From assembly GCA_038087875.1 (NCBI GenBank), contig CM075993.1:9178001-9242000 (forward strand): a stretch of 64,000 nucleotides of DNA, read 5' to 3'. How positions within the stretch are numbered: the stretch's first letter is position 1; every line of letters begins with the position of its first letter. Both the position numbers and the translations under genes were made by a program. The notes under the pieces are model-generated. The model was given only the letters and a program-made list of their open reading frames with translations. It did not search any database and was not told where the DNA came from. This document shows positions 1 to 14,729 of this stretch, piece by piece. The DNA comes from Malacoraja senta. Lineage: Eukaryota.

Positions 1-598
1 AATTTTTGTCCTGTTGAGTGTAGTTTGGTTGTAGTTTATATATTATTTTTAGCTGTGTATATGTGGGGGGCGCGGGAAACTTTTGAATCTCTTCCCCTGT
101 CGGGTCTCCGTTGTTGTTGGGGCTAGCACCATGGAGCGGCCTCCAACCGGAACGACCTGGGGGCTCCGGTCGCGGACTCACCATTGTGGAGCTGGCTGGC
201 TTCGGAGCGTGGAGAGCTGTGGTGGTGCGTGGCCGCGACCTGACATCGGGAGCTCGCGGGTCCCTGGTGGGAGACCGCTTTTCAGAGCTCTCGCAACGGC
301 AACTTCTCCCTCCCGAATTACGGGGTTGAGAATGACCTGGAGCGGGGCCTTACATCGCCCGGCGCGGCTTTAACGGCCGCGGGACTTGCTATCGCCCGCC
401 GGTGGCTTTAACATTGGGAGAAGAATGGAAAACAAGGGAAATACAATGACTTTGCCTTCCATCACAGTGAGGAGATTCACTGTGATGGATGTTTGCATAA
501 ATTGTGTGTCTTGGTTTTTTTGTTGTATGACTGCAGAAACCAAATTTCGTTTGAACATCATTTGAGGTTCAAATGACAATAAACGGTATTGTATTGTA
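1..598 (+). mobile_element. GC-rich non-autonomous retroelement, same family as 61936-62722; 5' end lies outside the window
   Basis: Collinear blocks shared with 62020-62710 (e.g. gtccctggtgggagaccgctttt, catcgcccggcgcggctt); ATGACAATAAA plus (TATTG)n tail. Confidence 0.85.
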
Positions 599-3500
599 TG
601 ACAAAAGGTGGAGTAGATGGACCTGGGTCTTTGTTTTCCAATAAGTACAGCTGCTAGTTATCAGTGATCCAGAAATTAACTGGTGCAAAAAGAATAATTT
701 TATTAAGGTTGTATTTGGTGGCAAACAATTTAAACAAAACTAAATTAATATTCAATTTCTTGGCTGCTTTTCCAAAGATTTCTTAACACTAAGTTGCTCA
801 GGAGACTTTAGGGTACCAGTAATCTGGAACATCAGAATTAATTGGGTAATGGATCATGTTATGATAATTTTATTTTACAGGAAGAATCACACAGCTGTAA
901 TTCTAGTCAGGATATCACAGAAAGATAAGTGCACTCACCAAGTAGTACTTACATTTATATTTACCTGGACTATTCAGGAAGCATCATTTTGGGTCAAGAC
1001 CCTTCTTCAGAATGATGGGAGAAAGCTGGTGGAGGAATGTGAGGGAAGGGGTGGGCAAGTACTAGCAAGAGATAGATGGATTCAGGTGATTAGCAGACGT
1101 GTATGGTGAGATGGTTACAGATAGTAACCAAGGCTGTAGCTGATGTGGAATAAACAAAGTTGCGGATGTGAAATTTGAAGATGAACGAAGATGGGAGTGA
1201 AATATAGAACCAGAGAGAGGGATAGCAAATGGAAGGCAGAATATGACGTACTTTGCTTCCATTTTGTGTGTGGACTCACTCTAGCAGTGGGGAAGGCTGG
1301 TACAAAAAGGTCTGTATGGGAATGGAAATTCAAATGGTTAATAACCAAGACCTGAGCCAGGCCTTGGCAAACAGAGCACAAGTATTCAGTGAAACTATCG
1401 CTTGGTCTTGCTGATGTCGAGGCCACAATGAGACCTGAATGAAATAGGCAAGGTTGAAGCAGGTGCCAGTAAATTACTCTCACCTGGAAAATGAAGCCTC
1501 AATGTGGCACTACTTCATTACTTAGCCAGACTTGGTTTCCTGTGTCTCTAATCATTTTGCCCTCATTTACCCAAACAGCCTTCGCAAAGCTGCGTGTGTG
1601 TATATATTAGAAAATATTAGAAATCTGTGTAATAGCAACCAATATATTTATCACCACAGGGAACTACCTAAAAGCATCTGTAACCTTTTAATCAAATCTT
1701 GCACTCCCAGTATATAACTGCATACACTACAATCCCAACCTCAAGCATCTGGGAACCTGCCCACATAAGGTAGGTGAAGCTAACCAAGGATGTGCTAATA
1801 AAGCTTCACTCAATTAATGCCCAGTTGGGAAATACACAGAGGTCTCTCTGCTGTGGCCACAATAAACATGACCAAGTTTCATAAGGTGGAGGAAATTCCA
1901 TTTGATTTTAAGGTGTCTTTCCTATCCATGATTTTTTGCTCAAGTATTCAGAGCCTCATTCCCAAGATTATAAAGAACAGCTGTAAAGACACAAAGTGGG
2001 GCAGGCAGCATTTCTGGAAAACAATGATAGGTAACTTTTGGGTCGAGACAATTTTACAGACTCTTATAAAGTATGCACCCGATGTAGTCATCAAATCAGA
2101 ATATGCCACGTTTCTGTTCCCTGAATCTAGTTTCAGTTACACTAAACCATAACTAATTGATGAGTTTTGGATGTTTATCAGGCATGTACAATGTGTAACT
2201 CTCAGTGTCATTGTACAAGTACTAAATCAGTGTTTGAGTATTGCTAATTATCATGCACTAAAATCCATCGCTATTCTGAGCTTCTTCCTTCTGAATTTTG
2301 TAGTCGGCAGGGCAGTACTCTGCATATCGCCAACTTGGACAATTTTTACATTTACCAAGCCAATTAACCTACAAACCTGTACGTCTTTGGAGTGTGGGAG
2401 GAAACCGAAGATCTCGGAGAAAACCCACGCAGGTCACGGGGAGAACGTACAAACTCCGTACAGACAGCACCTGTAGTCGGGATCAAACCCGGGTCTCTGG
2501 CGCTGCATTTTGCTGTAAGGCAGCAACTCTACCGCTGTGCCACCGTGACTGCCCTTCATTTTGTACTAATCAGACATTGGGCTTGTGGACTGTTTGGAGT
2601 TTCTGCTGCAAGCCGTTTGCTTTTACTTTGAAGACTCCTGCATCAATATTCACTTTTGCCTTGAGGATATTCTAGAAATGCTTTATCTGCCCAACTCCTG
2701 GGCTTGTGATGTGACCAAGCTCAGAGAAGACATGGCTGGGTAGTGATGCTTATGTTGGCCCTTCATTGCTTCGAGGCTTGTTGTTTGAGGCAAACAGATT
2801 GACTAAAGCCTGCTGCAAGGCTCCCAGAACTTGAAACCATAAAATTGTGAAAGTTAATGGAAAAACAGAACTGGCAGAGAGAAGTTACTGAAAACACAAG
2901 ATCAACAATCGAGACTCATCTATTCCTCTCCGAAATGTATGTTCTAACTTTAAACATTCTTTGCCAAATAGTCTGATCAATGTCAAAGTCAGAGTCTTAC
3001 TATTTATTCTGTCGAATATAATTCCTGTCTGATAAAGCTGAACTCTTTATTTGTGGATATACCCCATTTTACCTATATATTGCCAGCTGCAAAAAAAAGC
3101 ATCCAACATTACTTCCCGATTCGTTCCAATCCACATTATTAACAAGTGCGTGCGTGTTTAAGCCCAATTGATTCAGTATTTCCACTTTTGATCTACAGAT
3201 GCCTCTAGCTGTTCATCATGATTTGTCTGTTCACACAGCAGCACCTACATACCAAATCTAGGGGTAGATATTATCTACTTAGTGACAGGCAGAATAGGGG
3301 CGGGTTTTCAGATTGTTGAGCAATTTTTTGATTACGCTAGAATGACTGACAATGAGCAGGTTTTTAATCACAAGCATCATGCTGCACATTTTTTTTACCT
3401 AGTGAACAGGGTAAACGAAAGGAAGAATGAGTTTGGTTCTGCATTAAAACGGATGCTGCCCTCATAAAGGAGCAAATCACAAGAACATCTGACAAAACTG

Positions 3501-6074
3501 GACATAATGGCTGATCTTTCTCAACATAATCTTCCTGCACTTTCCCTTATTTCTCAATTCCCTTCATATCCAAAACATTGGCAAACATTTTTGAATGAAC
3601 CCAACAATTAAGGCTTCACATCCTTTCAAGTTCTGTTGATTTTCCTGTGAATAACTCAAGTGATAACTCATTATACTCCGCTAATCAGTTTGTTGTGCAT
3701 TACACAATTCTTCATGTGCTCTGATCCCATTAACCAAAGTGCTGGGAGAGACCTTATCAAAAGGCTTCAGAAAATCTAAATACAGCACATTTAATGTCTC
3801 CCCATTAACTGATCTTCAGGACAGATCCTGTAAGAACTCCCAATAGTTTACTCAAACACTACTTGCCTGTCATAAATCAACAGACAGAATCATTACTTGT
3901 CATTACCTCAAGAACTGGAGAATGCCAAACATTGTTCACTGGTTCTTTAGCGAGATGGCCCAAAATTTAACGCACATGCTGCATACAGCTGCTGAATCTT
4001 ACAAAAGGGAAGATCAGACCATGGCACACACGTAAGGCCATCTGTGCTATACGGACCCAGTCAATGCAAGTTTACTAAAATGTCATCAGCGCCACACCTT
4101 GCTCAAACACTTTGCCTGGTATTCTAGCGACAGCTTTAAAGTTGCCCATATGAATCACTCGGTCGTTGCTTGTAACAAACTAGTCACATTTTGATCATAG
4201 CTCCTTCACTGAAATTTGGTTTAAAATAAATTATATGTTATTGCAGCACATGGTAGAGTCGTGCATGGGAGATATATTGCGGACTTGTCGGGCTGTGACA
4301 TTGGAATGCAACACTCAGCTTTTTCCTATACTCCCTAGATCTGCATGACTGCTTTTGTTTTCAATTTACAACTTTGTAGATGACACACCAGTGTCAAACA
4401 ATGAAACCGAGTAGAGGAAGAGAGATACGAATGGCACCTCAATCTTAGCAAAACAAAGAAACTGGTCACCAACTTCAGGAAACAGGGTGGATGGAGTACA
4501 TTCCCGGTCAGCCTCACTGGTGAAAATAGCACCAAGTCTGTCCTACCCAACCTTAGATACTACAACAAGAAAGCATATTAATGCCTCTACTTCAGCAGAA
4601 GGATTAGGAAATTCAACACATCTCACGCACTCCACAAAGATATACAGGTTTGTAGGCTAATTAGCTTGGCAAAATTGTAAATTGTCCCTAGTGGGTGTAG
4701 GATAGTGTTAGTGTGCGGGGATTGATGGTGGATGTGGGCCGAAGGGCCTGTTACAGTGCTGTATCTCTAAACTACGCATATGTTTGCTAGCATTGTCAGT
4801 GGAAAGGTAGCGTTCACTTAAGATGCTTGTATCTAGATAGGATTGTCAACCTGAAAATTTACCTCATCTCTTTGGAGCAAATATTCAGAATAAGTACAAC
4901 CATTTAGTGAAAAGTTGATCATAACAATAACAATGAAAAATCACAGTAGCCACACAAAAGTGGCCTCAGTTGGTGACAAGGTCATTGTTTTCTGGAAACA
5001 GATCATATATGGAATAAAAATTTCCTCAAACCCTGCATTTCCTTTTGGATTTTGTTTGGTGGAAGAGACACCGAGCCTTTATTGTCAATTTGCAAAATGC
5101 CATCATGTGTTTCCAGTGGATCCAACAGGAACTCTTCTCTCTGGGGATTATAGTAAGCAGGCTTCAGAGTACACCATCAATAAAATCAAGTATTTTTAAG
5201 TAAGCCTAAGAGCACAAAGTTTAACTTCATCAGAGACTCTTTGGTATGGGTCCAGTTGAGAATATTTGGAAGTGGTCTGAATGTTTATTTTGCCGTCCCC
5301 CCCACCCCATACCCCTCTATGTTTAAACCAATTTGGATACAGTTGGTCATTATTTAGATTTTGAATCAAACTTGTAGAAATATTATGTTATTACCCCAGA
5401 TTGGGGCCGAGTATATTTTACCACAGTGCTTGCACTGTAGTAATCAATGAACTATTCTGTAATGACATCCACCATAGAAAACACTCACGTAGATTGAAGT
5501 TTGAAAGTATCAGCTGAAAAGCTGCAAGATTGCATGTGCGGTGTGGCTGGCATACTTTGAGTACTAAGAAAACTTCACAGACGAATTATAGTGCATGGAG
5601 GATTAATCTGAAATCCTGGCCATTTCAACATTATTACTGCAGAGACCAGATAGAGCTCTTAGTTTGAAGGTAGAAACAATGAGCACTGCTCCATAAAATA
5701 TCTATGCATCTTCCTCAGCCGGTGATCATCTCTCCTGCTGTGGCAGATTCAGATTAACTGGTTAGCACTCGAAGAGAATGTCTGATTGCAAGATGAAGGA
5801 TTGCATGCAAAGATCATCTGGCCCATCTTCTCATGATTCCTGACATCACATGAGGACATCACATCATATTCAACTTGAAAACATACTATTACAGTGTTCA
5901 ACGATAAAATCCTGAAATGCTTTACCTAACATCTCTGTAGGAATATCTTCAATGCCTACATTCTAGCAGTTTAATAAAGAGAATGGGTGCCATTGTTCAA
6001 GGCCAATTATATGAATCCTCTAGAATAAAGGCCAATCCCATCGGTTCTTACAAAATTGTTAAAAGTGCTTTAGA

Positions 6075-6355
6075 CTTTAGAGATACAGCATGGAAACAGA
6101 TACTTCAGCCCACCGAGTCCTCACTAACCGGCGATCACCCCCGTACACTAACACTATCCTACACACTAGGGACAATTTACAATTTTTACCAAAGCCAATC
6201 AACCTACAAACTTGTACGTCTCTGGAATATGGGAGGAAACCAACGTGGTCACAGAGAGAACGGACAATCTCCATACGGACAGAACCCATAGTTAGGATTG
6301 AACCTGGATCTCTGGCGCCATAGAGCAGTAACTCTACCGCTGCGTCACTGTGCCT
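6075..6355 (-). mobile_element. tRNA-derived SINE
   Basis: Reverse-complement homolog of the 50620-50920 SINE. Confidence 0.85.
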
Positions 6356-6823
6356 CAGCAATTTAGAACCAGGTCAGTCTCTGAATGAGTGGTATGCAGC
6401 TTCGAACTGAGATACAAGGACATTTCTGCAGAGGGAGATGAAATGTTGGAATTGTCTAGTCCAGAGAAATATGCAGGCTCAGAGTTCATTCAAGAGTTTG
6501 AAAGATTCCTAGATAAAGACAATCAAGGGACATGGAGATAGTGCAGGTAAAAGCTCAGCAATATGATGAAAGATAAAACACATGAAAAGGATCAAATGGC
6601 CAACTCCTGCTCGTATCTATTTTTGCCAAAATGAACTTTAAGAATAGTAGTAAACATTCTATTTTCAGAAACTATGGATTGTTTCCCACCATTTGCCTTT
6701 AATGGCAAAGTAGCAAGTAGAATTCCATGCTTTACTGCCATATAAATTTTTCCACCAAGATGAACACATGAAAAAATTCCTTATATAGATTGGCAAAGGC
6801 ACTAGTCCATAAAAAAGTTTACA

Positions 6824-6829
6824 TTTATT
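6824..6829 (-). terminator. Candidate DUT polyadenylation signal AATAAA
   Basis: First minus-strand AATAAA noticed, about 250 nt after the DUT stop codon. Confidence 0.6.
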
Positions 6830-7077
6830 CCCGAAATAACCCAAAATGTCCCCAATTGTTCCGGCTGTGATTTACATGGTCACCATAGAGACCACTATCT
6901 CTTAACCACCCTGAAATACATACATGATGTCAGCTCATTTTTGCACTTTGGAAACATCCTGACAAAAGACAAAACAACTGGACCATCGATCACATTTTTT
7001 TCATGAAGAATCCACAGCTTTAAACATCTTTGAAGAGAATTAGGCAATGTCTGACATGCTTTGGCAGAACATCACGT

Positions 7078-7134
7078 TCAATTTGTACCAGAGGAGCCAA
7101 AGCCACCTGCACCTCGCTCTGTCTCATCCAGGCT
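7078..7134 (-). CDS. DUT: dUTPase last coding exon (SLDETERGAGGFGSSGTN*)
   Basis: Motif V RGxGGFGSSG; TGA at 7080-7078; acceptor tctctgcag. Confidence 0.98.
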   Translation of the reverse strand, partial: SLDETERGAGGFGSSGTN

Positions 7135-7218
7135 CTGCAGAGAAATACAATGGGTAAGTAAAATGAAAGGGTTCTTAATCAGAGAATAAAATCAAAGTAG
7201 CATTTTAAAATTACTCAC

Positions 7219-7289
7219 CTTTAACTCCTCAAGCTCTGGATAGCAGATGCGTTCACATATCAATTGGGCTATTCGATCACCCTTTTTAA
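7219..7289 (-). CDS. DUT: dUTPase exon 5 (VKKGDRIAQLICERICYPELEELK)
   Basis: 71-nt exon with motif IV GDRIAQL; AG/GT splice sites. Confidence 0.98.
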
Positions 7290-8129
7290 CTGTCAAAATA
7301 TAAAAATGCTTTCTTCAAACCATTTAATACAGATATTTACCTCTCCTCGATTAGATCATACACGACTGAACTCCATCTACAGCTCAAAAATAAACATATA
7401 TCAAAGTTCAGGAAAACTTAAGCTACTTGAGTTCTCAATAATGTTAACATCGCTTTTGCAACAAAACCTAAACCTTTTGCCAGTCATAAAACTATCTAAT
7501 AGTCTTTTTCCCCTTTTGATTAAACTTAAATGCTTGACAATGGTCTCAGTGTATAATGAAAATTATTCCATGCTTTATTATTTTATTATTTTATCTTGTC
7601 TGGTAACCATAACAACAAATAAATGGAGCCTAATCTGACACGTTTCTGGTAATCATCAAAGCAATTGGATAAATCTGCTCTCGCTCCACTTGGTAAGACA
7701 TTGAACATCAATCTCCTCTCCTGTTACAATGTGGCAGTTTATACTATCATCAGTTTCAGATTCAGCAGTTGCTTTGGTACCAGGTGGCCATTTGTCATGT
7801 GTCAGCCTCGATCTCTTCACATTTGGCAAGCAATTCAACTATGAAGCAAAGCCCAATTCCTTCTCTAACACCATTCTAACAGCTGTCACGAGAGATTCCA
7901 ATAACGATTCCACTCCCCCGCCACTCTAAACAGGATGATTGCGGCCAAATCATAGAAAGATCTACAACTTAACCCAGAATATCAAATTAGCTGGCGTCGC
8001 TGGGCCCTCTTGTAAAATCATTTTTTGAAAAGCAGGTAGAGTGTCACATGTTACCATCTAATACAAAATCATAGTATCCTTCAACAATAAATGCTAGCTC
8101 TTCCACTAGATTAATTTCACGATAACTCA

Positions 8130-8470
8130 CAGAAACTTACCAAATAGTGAAAGGGCTGGAGAGAGTGGAGTGGATGTTTCCACTAGTGGGAGAGTCTACC
8201 ATTAGAGGCCATAGCCTTGGAATAAAAGGCTTAAGAAAGGAGATTAGGAGGAATTTCTTTAGACAGAGGGTAGTGAATCTGTGGAATTAATTACCACAGG
8301 TTGTGGAGGCCGTCAATTGATATTTTTAAGGCGGAGATTGACAGATTCTTGATTAGTATGGGTGTCAGGGGTTATGGGGAGAAGGCAGGAGAATGGGGTT
8401 AAGATCAGCCATGATTGAAGGGCGGAGTAGACTTGATGGGCCGAATGGCCTAATTCTGCTCCTATCACAT
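8130..8470 (+). mobile_element. CR1 3' fragment
   Basis: Similar to the CR1 3' end (gtgaatctgtggaat...gggccgaatggcctaattctgctcctat). Confidence 0.8.
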
Positions 8471-8733
8471 AAAAAGAAAAAATTATAGCATGTGCCATAC
8501 ATATATTGGTAGGGTTTTCAATAGGGCATTTTGCTTGCCTATCAAAATTTATTCTGTAAAATAAACATTTTGTGACAAAAATATGAACAAATTGGCAATT
8601 TTATGGATTTTCTTAAATTCAAAATATCTTCTATGCCAGATCTAAACAATTGATTCACATCATAGTTAACTCCCACCCAAAGTTCTTTCAGTTTTTGCAC
8701 CCAGTGGATATTTACTGCCGATTCATCCCTTAC

Positions 8734-8808
8734 CTTCAAAACTTTCTTTTCCAAAATTGAACAGAACTACACCAACATTTCCTCTGTAATCCTCATCAAT
8801 AACCCCAG
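8734..8808 (-). CDS. DUT: dUTPase exon 4 ([25 protein letters not shown])
   Basis: 75-nt exon with catalytic motif [16 protein letters not shown] splice sites. Confidence 0.98.
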
Positions 8809-11800
8809 CTAAGACACAATAAGAAAAGACAAATTATTTTGGAGGAACTTAAAAAGCTCAAATACAACATTCATTATCGAGTCCCTTAGAAAATACAAGC
8901 AGAGTGATATCATTCACATCCACACCCGGCAATTCTTTGCTGTTCGTCTTTTGGAAAGTTTAATGAATGGCTGTACTTTAGACAAACAAAGCTGATCAGG
9001 AATTTGTAAAGCATGAACAACATTTATTTGTCTCTTTCAGAAGTAACCACAGGGACAGATACTCTAGTCTCTGATGGATTCCATAGACTGCCAAATGGCA
9101 TTCCATTCCGTTTCACACAAGAAACTGAAAAATAAGAACCCGTGGGACTGTATTTGTTACTATTTTGCGGCAGGATGTAGAAATGGGATAATGAGATGTG
9201 ACTATATCTCAGTGCCACATTTAGAAGTGATCTGGGCAAGGAAATAGAAAGTCATGAAGTTGTTGACAACTCTAAGGAGATGATGCAGAGGGTAGAGGTT
9301 ACAAAGGGACAATCAGCAGGCAAAATGGAAGGACAACCATGTTAATATTTTGTCAAGAGCAAGATCTGAGAAATTGTGGATGAGCACAGCAATTTTGGAC
9401 CCAAAGACCCTACACATTTGTTTTAAAACCCTTAAAGACTCAGAAATTCTGCTCCTAGTCAAGGAGTTAAACAATGAGTGCTCTCTCCCCCCCCCCCCCC
9501 CCCCCACACACACAAACTGGGCTACAGAGCTGTAATCATCTGGACTTGGGAAGGTTATATTTGCCTAGTCCAGTACGGTAACATTGATTATCAAAGACAA
9601 GACTTAAACACATTACAAATAGGAACAGGAATCGGACCGACACCACAAATCATGGATCATAGTCATACAGCATTGAAATAACTCAACTTGCCCCTGCTGA
9701 CCAAAGTGCCTTCCTGAGCCAATCCCATTTGGCCCATATCTCTTTGGTCTTTTATTGTCACATGTACCAATTAAGGTACGGTGATATGCGAATTACCATA
9801 CAGCCATACGAGAGAAAAAAAAAGCATCTGTAAATGTTGGTGAGAATTGTTGGGGACATGCCAAACTTCCTAAGCCTTCTAAGGTAATAGAGGCGTTTCT
9901 AGCTCCTCATCCCCTTTATAGTCTGAAGACAAATGTATCAGAATGTATCAGATGTATCAGAAACATCACCTACACATTTTTTCCAGGAATGATGCTGACC
10001 CACTGAGTTACTCCAGCAATTTGTCTCCCTTTTTGGGGGGGTGAACCAGCATCTACAGTTCCTTGATTCTACATTCTTCCTTAGTGAAATATTGAATTCA
10101 AACTGCAAGACTAGATCTGCAAGAATAAGAACTATGAGAAAAGGCGACTGACATTACACCAAACTGTTCTCTCGAGAAGTTGCAGTGAGATGCCACCGGA
10201 TACTTTTGCTGCAAATATTCCGTTAAACTCAGCACTTTTTTTCTGCAACAGCATGCTGGTCTCTCTTACAGAACCACCTCAGCACAACTGGTATTTGTGT
10301 GTTATCAATGAAAACAGAAAACCACTGACCTTGACATTCACGTGCATATGAAACAATCTGCACATCTGGCTAAACATGAAGTTCAACGCAAGCATCTTGT
10401 TTTAATTTCAACAAAAAGACTTGATTTAATCACATTGTTTTTTTAACGCAGTGTTACCAGGATTCGTGCGTGAAATTTGAAAATATTGGGCTTTAACCTG
10501 GTGGAAGAAGGTTGAAAACCCTTTGTCACGGGCAACTCACCTATGTTAATGCATCCACTGCTGATGCCCAACAGCTTTATCAGTTTGGAATAAGAATTCT
10601 GATTAAATCAGCCCAAAAATCTTCAATTTTTTTCCTCACTAAGTAGATTGCCTGCTAAATAGTTCAGCGGTTTGTTTTTGTTTACAAGTTTAGTTATTGA
10701 GTGTCCGATTTCCCTCGCTTCCCATGTCTTTTTTCCCCCCAGCTCTGAAGGGAGTCCTGTGGGATCTGCAACACAGCAGCGAGCACAAGGCGAGGAGCTT
10801 GTTGTAGGGCCAGGATAACTGGGAAATTTGCACCAAATTAAGATGTGGATGAATGGCAGAGAAAAGTTAGGAGGGTTAAGGTTCTCCCGACCTCACTTCT
10901 TGGTCACCAATGAGCATGTTCTGCAGATGTTGTATGGGAAATGGGTGAAGAGATTTCAACAAATCCTTAGTGGATGACAGGAGATTAAACTGGATAATTT
11001 GGTTGCAGACACATCTGGAGAGTTATGATGTTCTGATCAAACAGCATTTGATCAATTCCTTCTACATACATGCTTAGGGATTCACTATGGGATTCTGCAG
11101 TTGACAATTTTTATTTGTGGATTTTAATTTGTGTGAGAGAAGTTACAAAAATACAAGACCAGACAACATTCGCTGTTTGACATCCTTAATCCCTGCATTT
11201 TGACTCCCTTGAATCATCATTCCAAAGTCTTCTCCCTTGTTACCACCATCCATCTGCCTGAAGAAGAGTCTCGACACAAAAAGTCACCCATTCCTTTTCT
11301 CCAGAGATGCTGCCTGCCCTGCTGAGTACCTCCAGCTTTTTGTGTCTATCTTTGGTTTAAACCACCATTTGCAGTTCCTTCCTAGACACCACCCATCTGC
11401 CCACTGTTTTCACCGTGGTAATTCCACAACACTAGGTTCCCTATTCCACACCCTTAACCAATTTTTTAAGCAGTAAGATCCAATTTTAAGGACTGAACTG
11501 TCCACCCAGTATTCAAATCCAGGCTTATAGGTGTCCTTTTACTACGATGCACATCACATAGGATGACCACTTACACTGATGTGGCAGTTAATGCATTGAA
11601 GTACACAAAAGTTAACAAGGCTATTATGAAACCAAGCAATAGATTCCAAGGTACATCAAGGGAGGTCAGACAACAAAATGCTATATTTTACCACAATGGT
11701 GAATCAAGAGCGATGCTTAGGCAAAGATCTCAAGAGCATAGCATATCATTATTGGAATGATCAAAATCAGTAATGTGCGTCAGACTTGGAAGAGCATATT

Positions 11801-12656
11801 TTAGGCTTCTGAAGCTAGAGAAGGCTGCAAATATTGGATGGGATATGCAAAGATAGGAAAGGATGATAGTGTCAAGGGACAGAAAAATTAGGATCTTAAA
11901 ATTGAGTTAGGTTAGAAAACCAACATTTGGGGTAAATTATGAAATGGGAAGCACCCTTAGCTTAGAAGGCAGGAAATTGGCTGAAAGAATATTGGAAAAG
12001 ATAATCTATTGGAAATAAATGCAAAATGGTGAATTTTAACCAAGCAGACTCAGTGATGGATCAAATATTTAGTCAAAACCTTAGCTATCAAATTGATCAC
12101 ATTCAAAGGAGAGAATCAATCTTTGCGCAAAATTAAAAATTCATGAGCCAAAAATTCATAGTTACTGCTGGCAAGAGGGTGGAATCAGCAGGAAATGCTG
12201 CTTTAAAAATGACAGATCGTGGCGCCGAAGAGAGGCTGTAAGCTACCTTTGTATTACTGAATAAAATTACAGAGACAAATCACTTTAGGAGAGAGGAACA
12301 GAATCACATTTAAAGTGATTAAGCTCAATCTGGGAACATCAACCAGTGCTCATTTGTCAGGTTTCACTGTATTTCACAGTTTCGATCCATGTTCTGTCAG
12401 GTAATACATTTAATTATAAACATGATACATAAAGTTATCTATTTGTTTTAACTTCATGCTTTGCCCCCCTCCAAATCTGTCCTGTTGGTCGTTTCAGATA
12501 TTTGTTCTGTAAGACTGCATGTAAACCCATGTGATAACCATCAATGCCAACCACCTTGTACATTCCTCTGGCCACAACAAATTCAAAGTAAATCTTAGCA
12601 TAAAGTTGAGGTTCACAGGTATATCTTGTTTCAATACTTCAGAGCAAATACATTAC

Positions 12657-12701
12657 CTCCAACATCAATGAAGTGTTTTGCTGCCAGTCCAGATCTTGGA
12701 G
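12657..12701 (-). CDS. DUT: dUTPase exon 3 (APRSGLAAKHFIDVG)
   Basis: 45-nt exon with motif II PRSG; AG/GT splice sites. Confidence 0.97.
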
Positions 12702-12939
12702 CTAGGAAAAATTGTTGAAATGGAGAAGTTATTTACATTCCCATTTGTATTGTACAATCATAATATAAATTGTGTACTAATTCTATTTTTCCAACCTAAA
12801 ATATTACATGTAGATTTGAGGATTCTTAGTTTCTGATGGTGTGGCAAACATTTAAGGGGCTCTTTCAGAATAAGAGAAAGAACATTTAGAGTAAAGTATG
12901 AAATGGGGAAGACTCACCATGCATGATAGCTAAAAAAGT

Positions 12940-13770
12940 TAAATATCAAACAAAGTGCTGGTGAAACTCAATGGGTCAAGCCACATTTGTGAAGGGAAGA
13001 TGAGGTTTTGGGTTGGGATAGGTGGATACAGGTGAAAGGGTTTTTGATTGGCAAATAGGTGGAAAAAGTGACAAACGTTAGAGGTACAAAAAAAACCAAC
13101 AAATTGTGTCACATCCTTATGACAGAGGGGGAATGAACTGTAAAGCTGGAGGAAGCTATGTGGGTGGAAGGGAACAATGGCAAGGGGAATAAAGGGGAAA
13201 TGGGTGACTGAGGGATGGGAGTAAAATGTGCCAAAGAGGGGAATGATGGAGTTGGGAGACTGGGAGCACACCAGATTGGGAAGTGGGTTAGGTTTAATGA
13301 AGGGGAAGGCGAGGTATTACTTGAAGTTGGAGGACGAAACATGCATAGCACTTGGTTGTAAGCTAACCAAGCAGAATACAAAGTGTTGTTCCTCCAGTTT
13401 GCCTGTGGCTTCACTCTGGTAATACAAGAACAGAAAGGTTGGTATGGGAATGAAAGTTAAAATGGTTAGCAACCAGGAGATCCAGCAGGCCTAAGTCAGG
13501 CTGAGCTCAAGTCAATGTAAATGAGGTCACATTGCAAGCACCAAATGGAGTAGACGAGGTTTGAAGGGCATGTGAACTTCTCTCTCCCCTGGAAGTCCCT
13601 GGATGGAAATGAAAGAGGAGGAGTAGGTACACGTGTTGACATATCTTGAGTTTGCAGGGGTAAGTAAGTTGGTGGGGGAAAGAAGAGGTGTTAAACCAAG
13701 GAATTACAGAGGAAGTGGTCTCTACAGAAAGCCAAAAGGGACCAGGATGGGAACAAGCGGTATAGTCCAC
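12940..13770 (-). mobile_element. Degenerate Penelope-like remnant
   Basis: Contains the Penelope C-terminal KLEEQH...RL.SLQP-type block and a purine-rich pseudo-LTR-like segment; similar to 960-1490. Confidence 0.6.
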
Positions 13771-14637
13771 CACCGATTTTCCAGCAACTGGTGGTCCGTC
13801 GCCTCTTTAAATTATGAGAGTGCATTTGAGATCACCCTCGGAAGTACCCCCCAAAAATGTGACACTTAGGCCGGCCGATCTCAACCTAATCGAGACTTCC
13901 TCGCCGATCGGCAGGTCAAATTTGTCCCCCACTGCTGGGGCTCTGGAACACTGGCCCAGCCGACAGATCCGTTCCCATAGCCGACTTCCGCGGCAAATCG
14001 AGTTTAGACAATATATGCAGGAGTAGACCATTCGGCCCTTCGAGCCAGCACCGCCATTCAATGTGATCATGGCTGAGTTTGTCTGCTGCAGCGACTTAGA
14101 AAGTCTAATTAATGGAATAATTCATGCCACCTGTACACAATGGAGCAGTTGGCCTTGAGCAGTAATTCTGAACACTGTTAGGTCAATTTAGTTTAGACAT
14201 ACAGCATGGAAACAGGCCCTTTGGCCCACCAAGTCCACACTAACCATCGATCACCTGTTCACACTAGCTCTACGTCATCCTACTTTCTCACCCACTCCCT
14301 ACACACTAGGGGGCAATTTAGAGGTCAATTAACTACAAACCTGCACATCTTTGGGAAGTGGGTGGACACTGCAGCACCAGGAGGAAAGCCCAGCAGTCAC
14401 AGGGAGACATAAAAATCCATGCAGAAAGCACCCATGGTGAGGATCGAACCTGGGTCTGTGGCGCTGTGAGGCAGTCGTTCTACCAGCTGCACCATTGAGC
14501 TGACCTTTTTAAGAACATAAAATTAAACCTTTGCACAATCTCAGTTTGGGATTAATGAATACATTGGAGGACTCAAGTGTTAAAAGGTCAGATATACTTG
14601 AGAGAGAAAAAAATAGCAGTTTATTCTAAACACTTAC

Positions 14638-14729
14638 CCACTCTGCCATAGAATCCAGAAGGAAGTGCAATTTGAATATCAGTCTTCGCAATAACTTTAT
14701 CCTGAGGAAGGATCACGTAATCATAGGCA
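14638..14729 (-). CDS. DUT: dUTPase exon 2 (AYDYVILPQDKVIAKTDIQIALPSGFYGRV)
   Basis: 92-nt exon, tttgcag| acceptor and |GTAAG donor, phases match both neighbours. Confidence 0.97.

Noticed and set aside
600..6800. Expected FBN1 3' exons or conserved enhancers (e.g. about 3200-3480)
   Set aside because: No EGF-like or fibrillin coding sequence recognised, and conservation cannot be judged without alignments.
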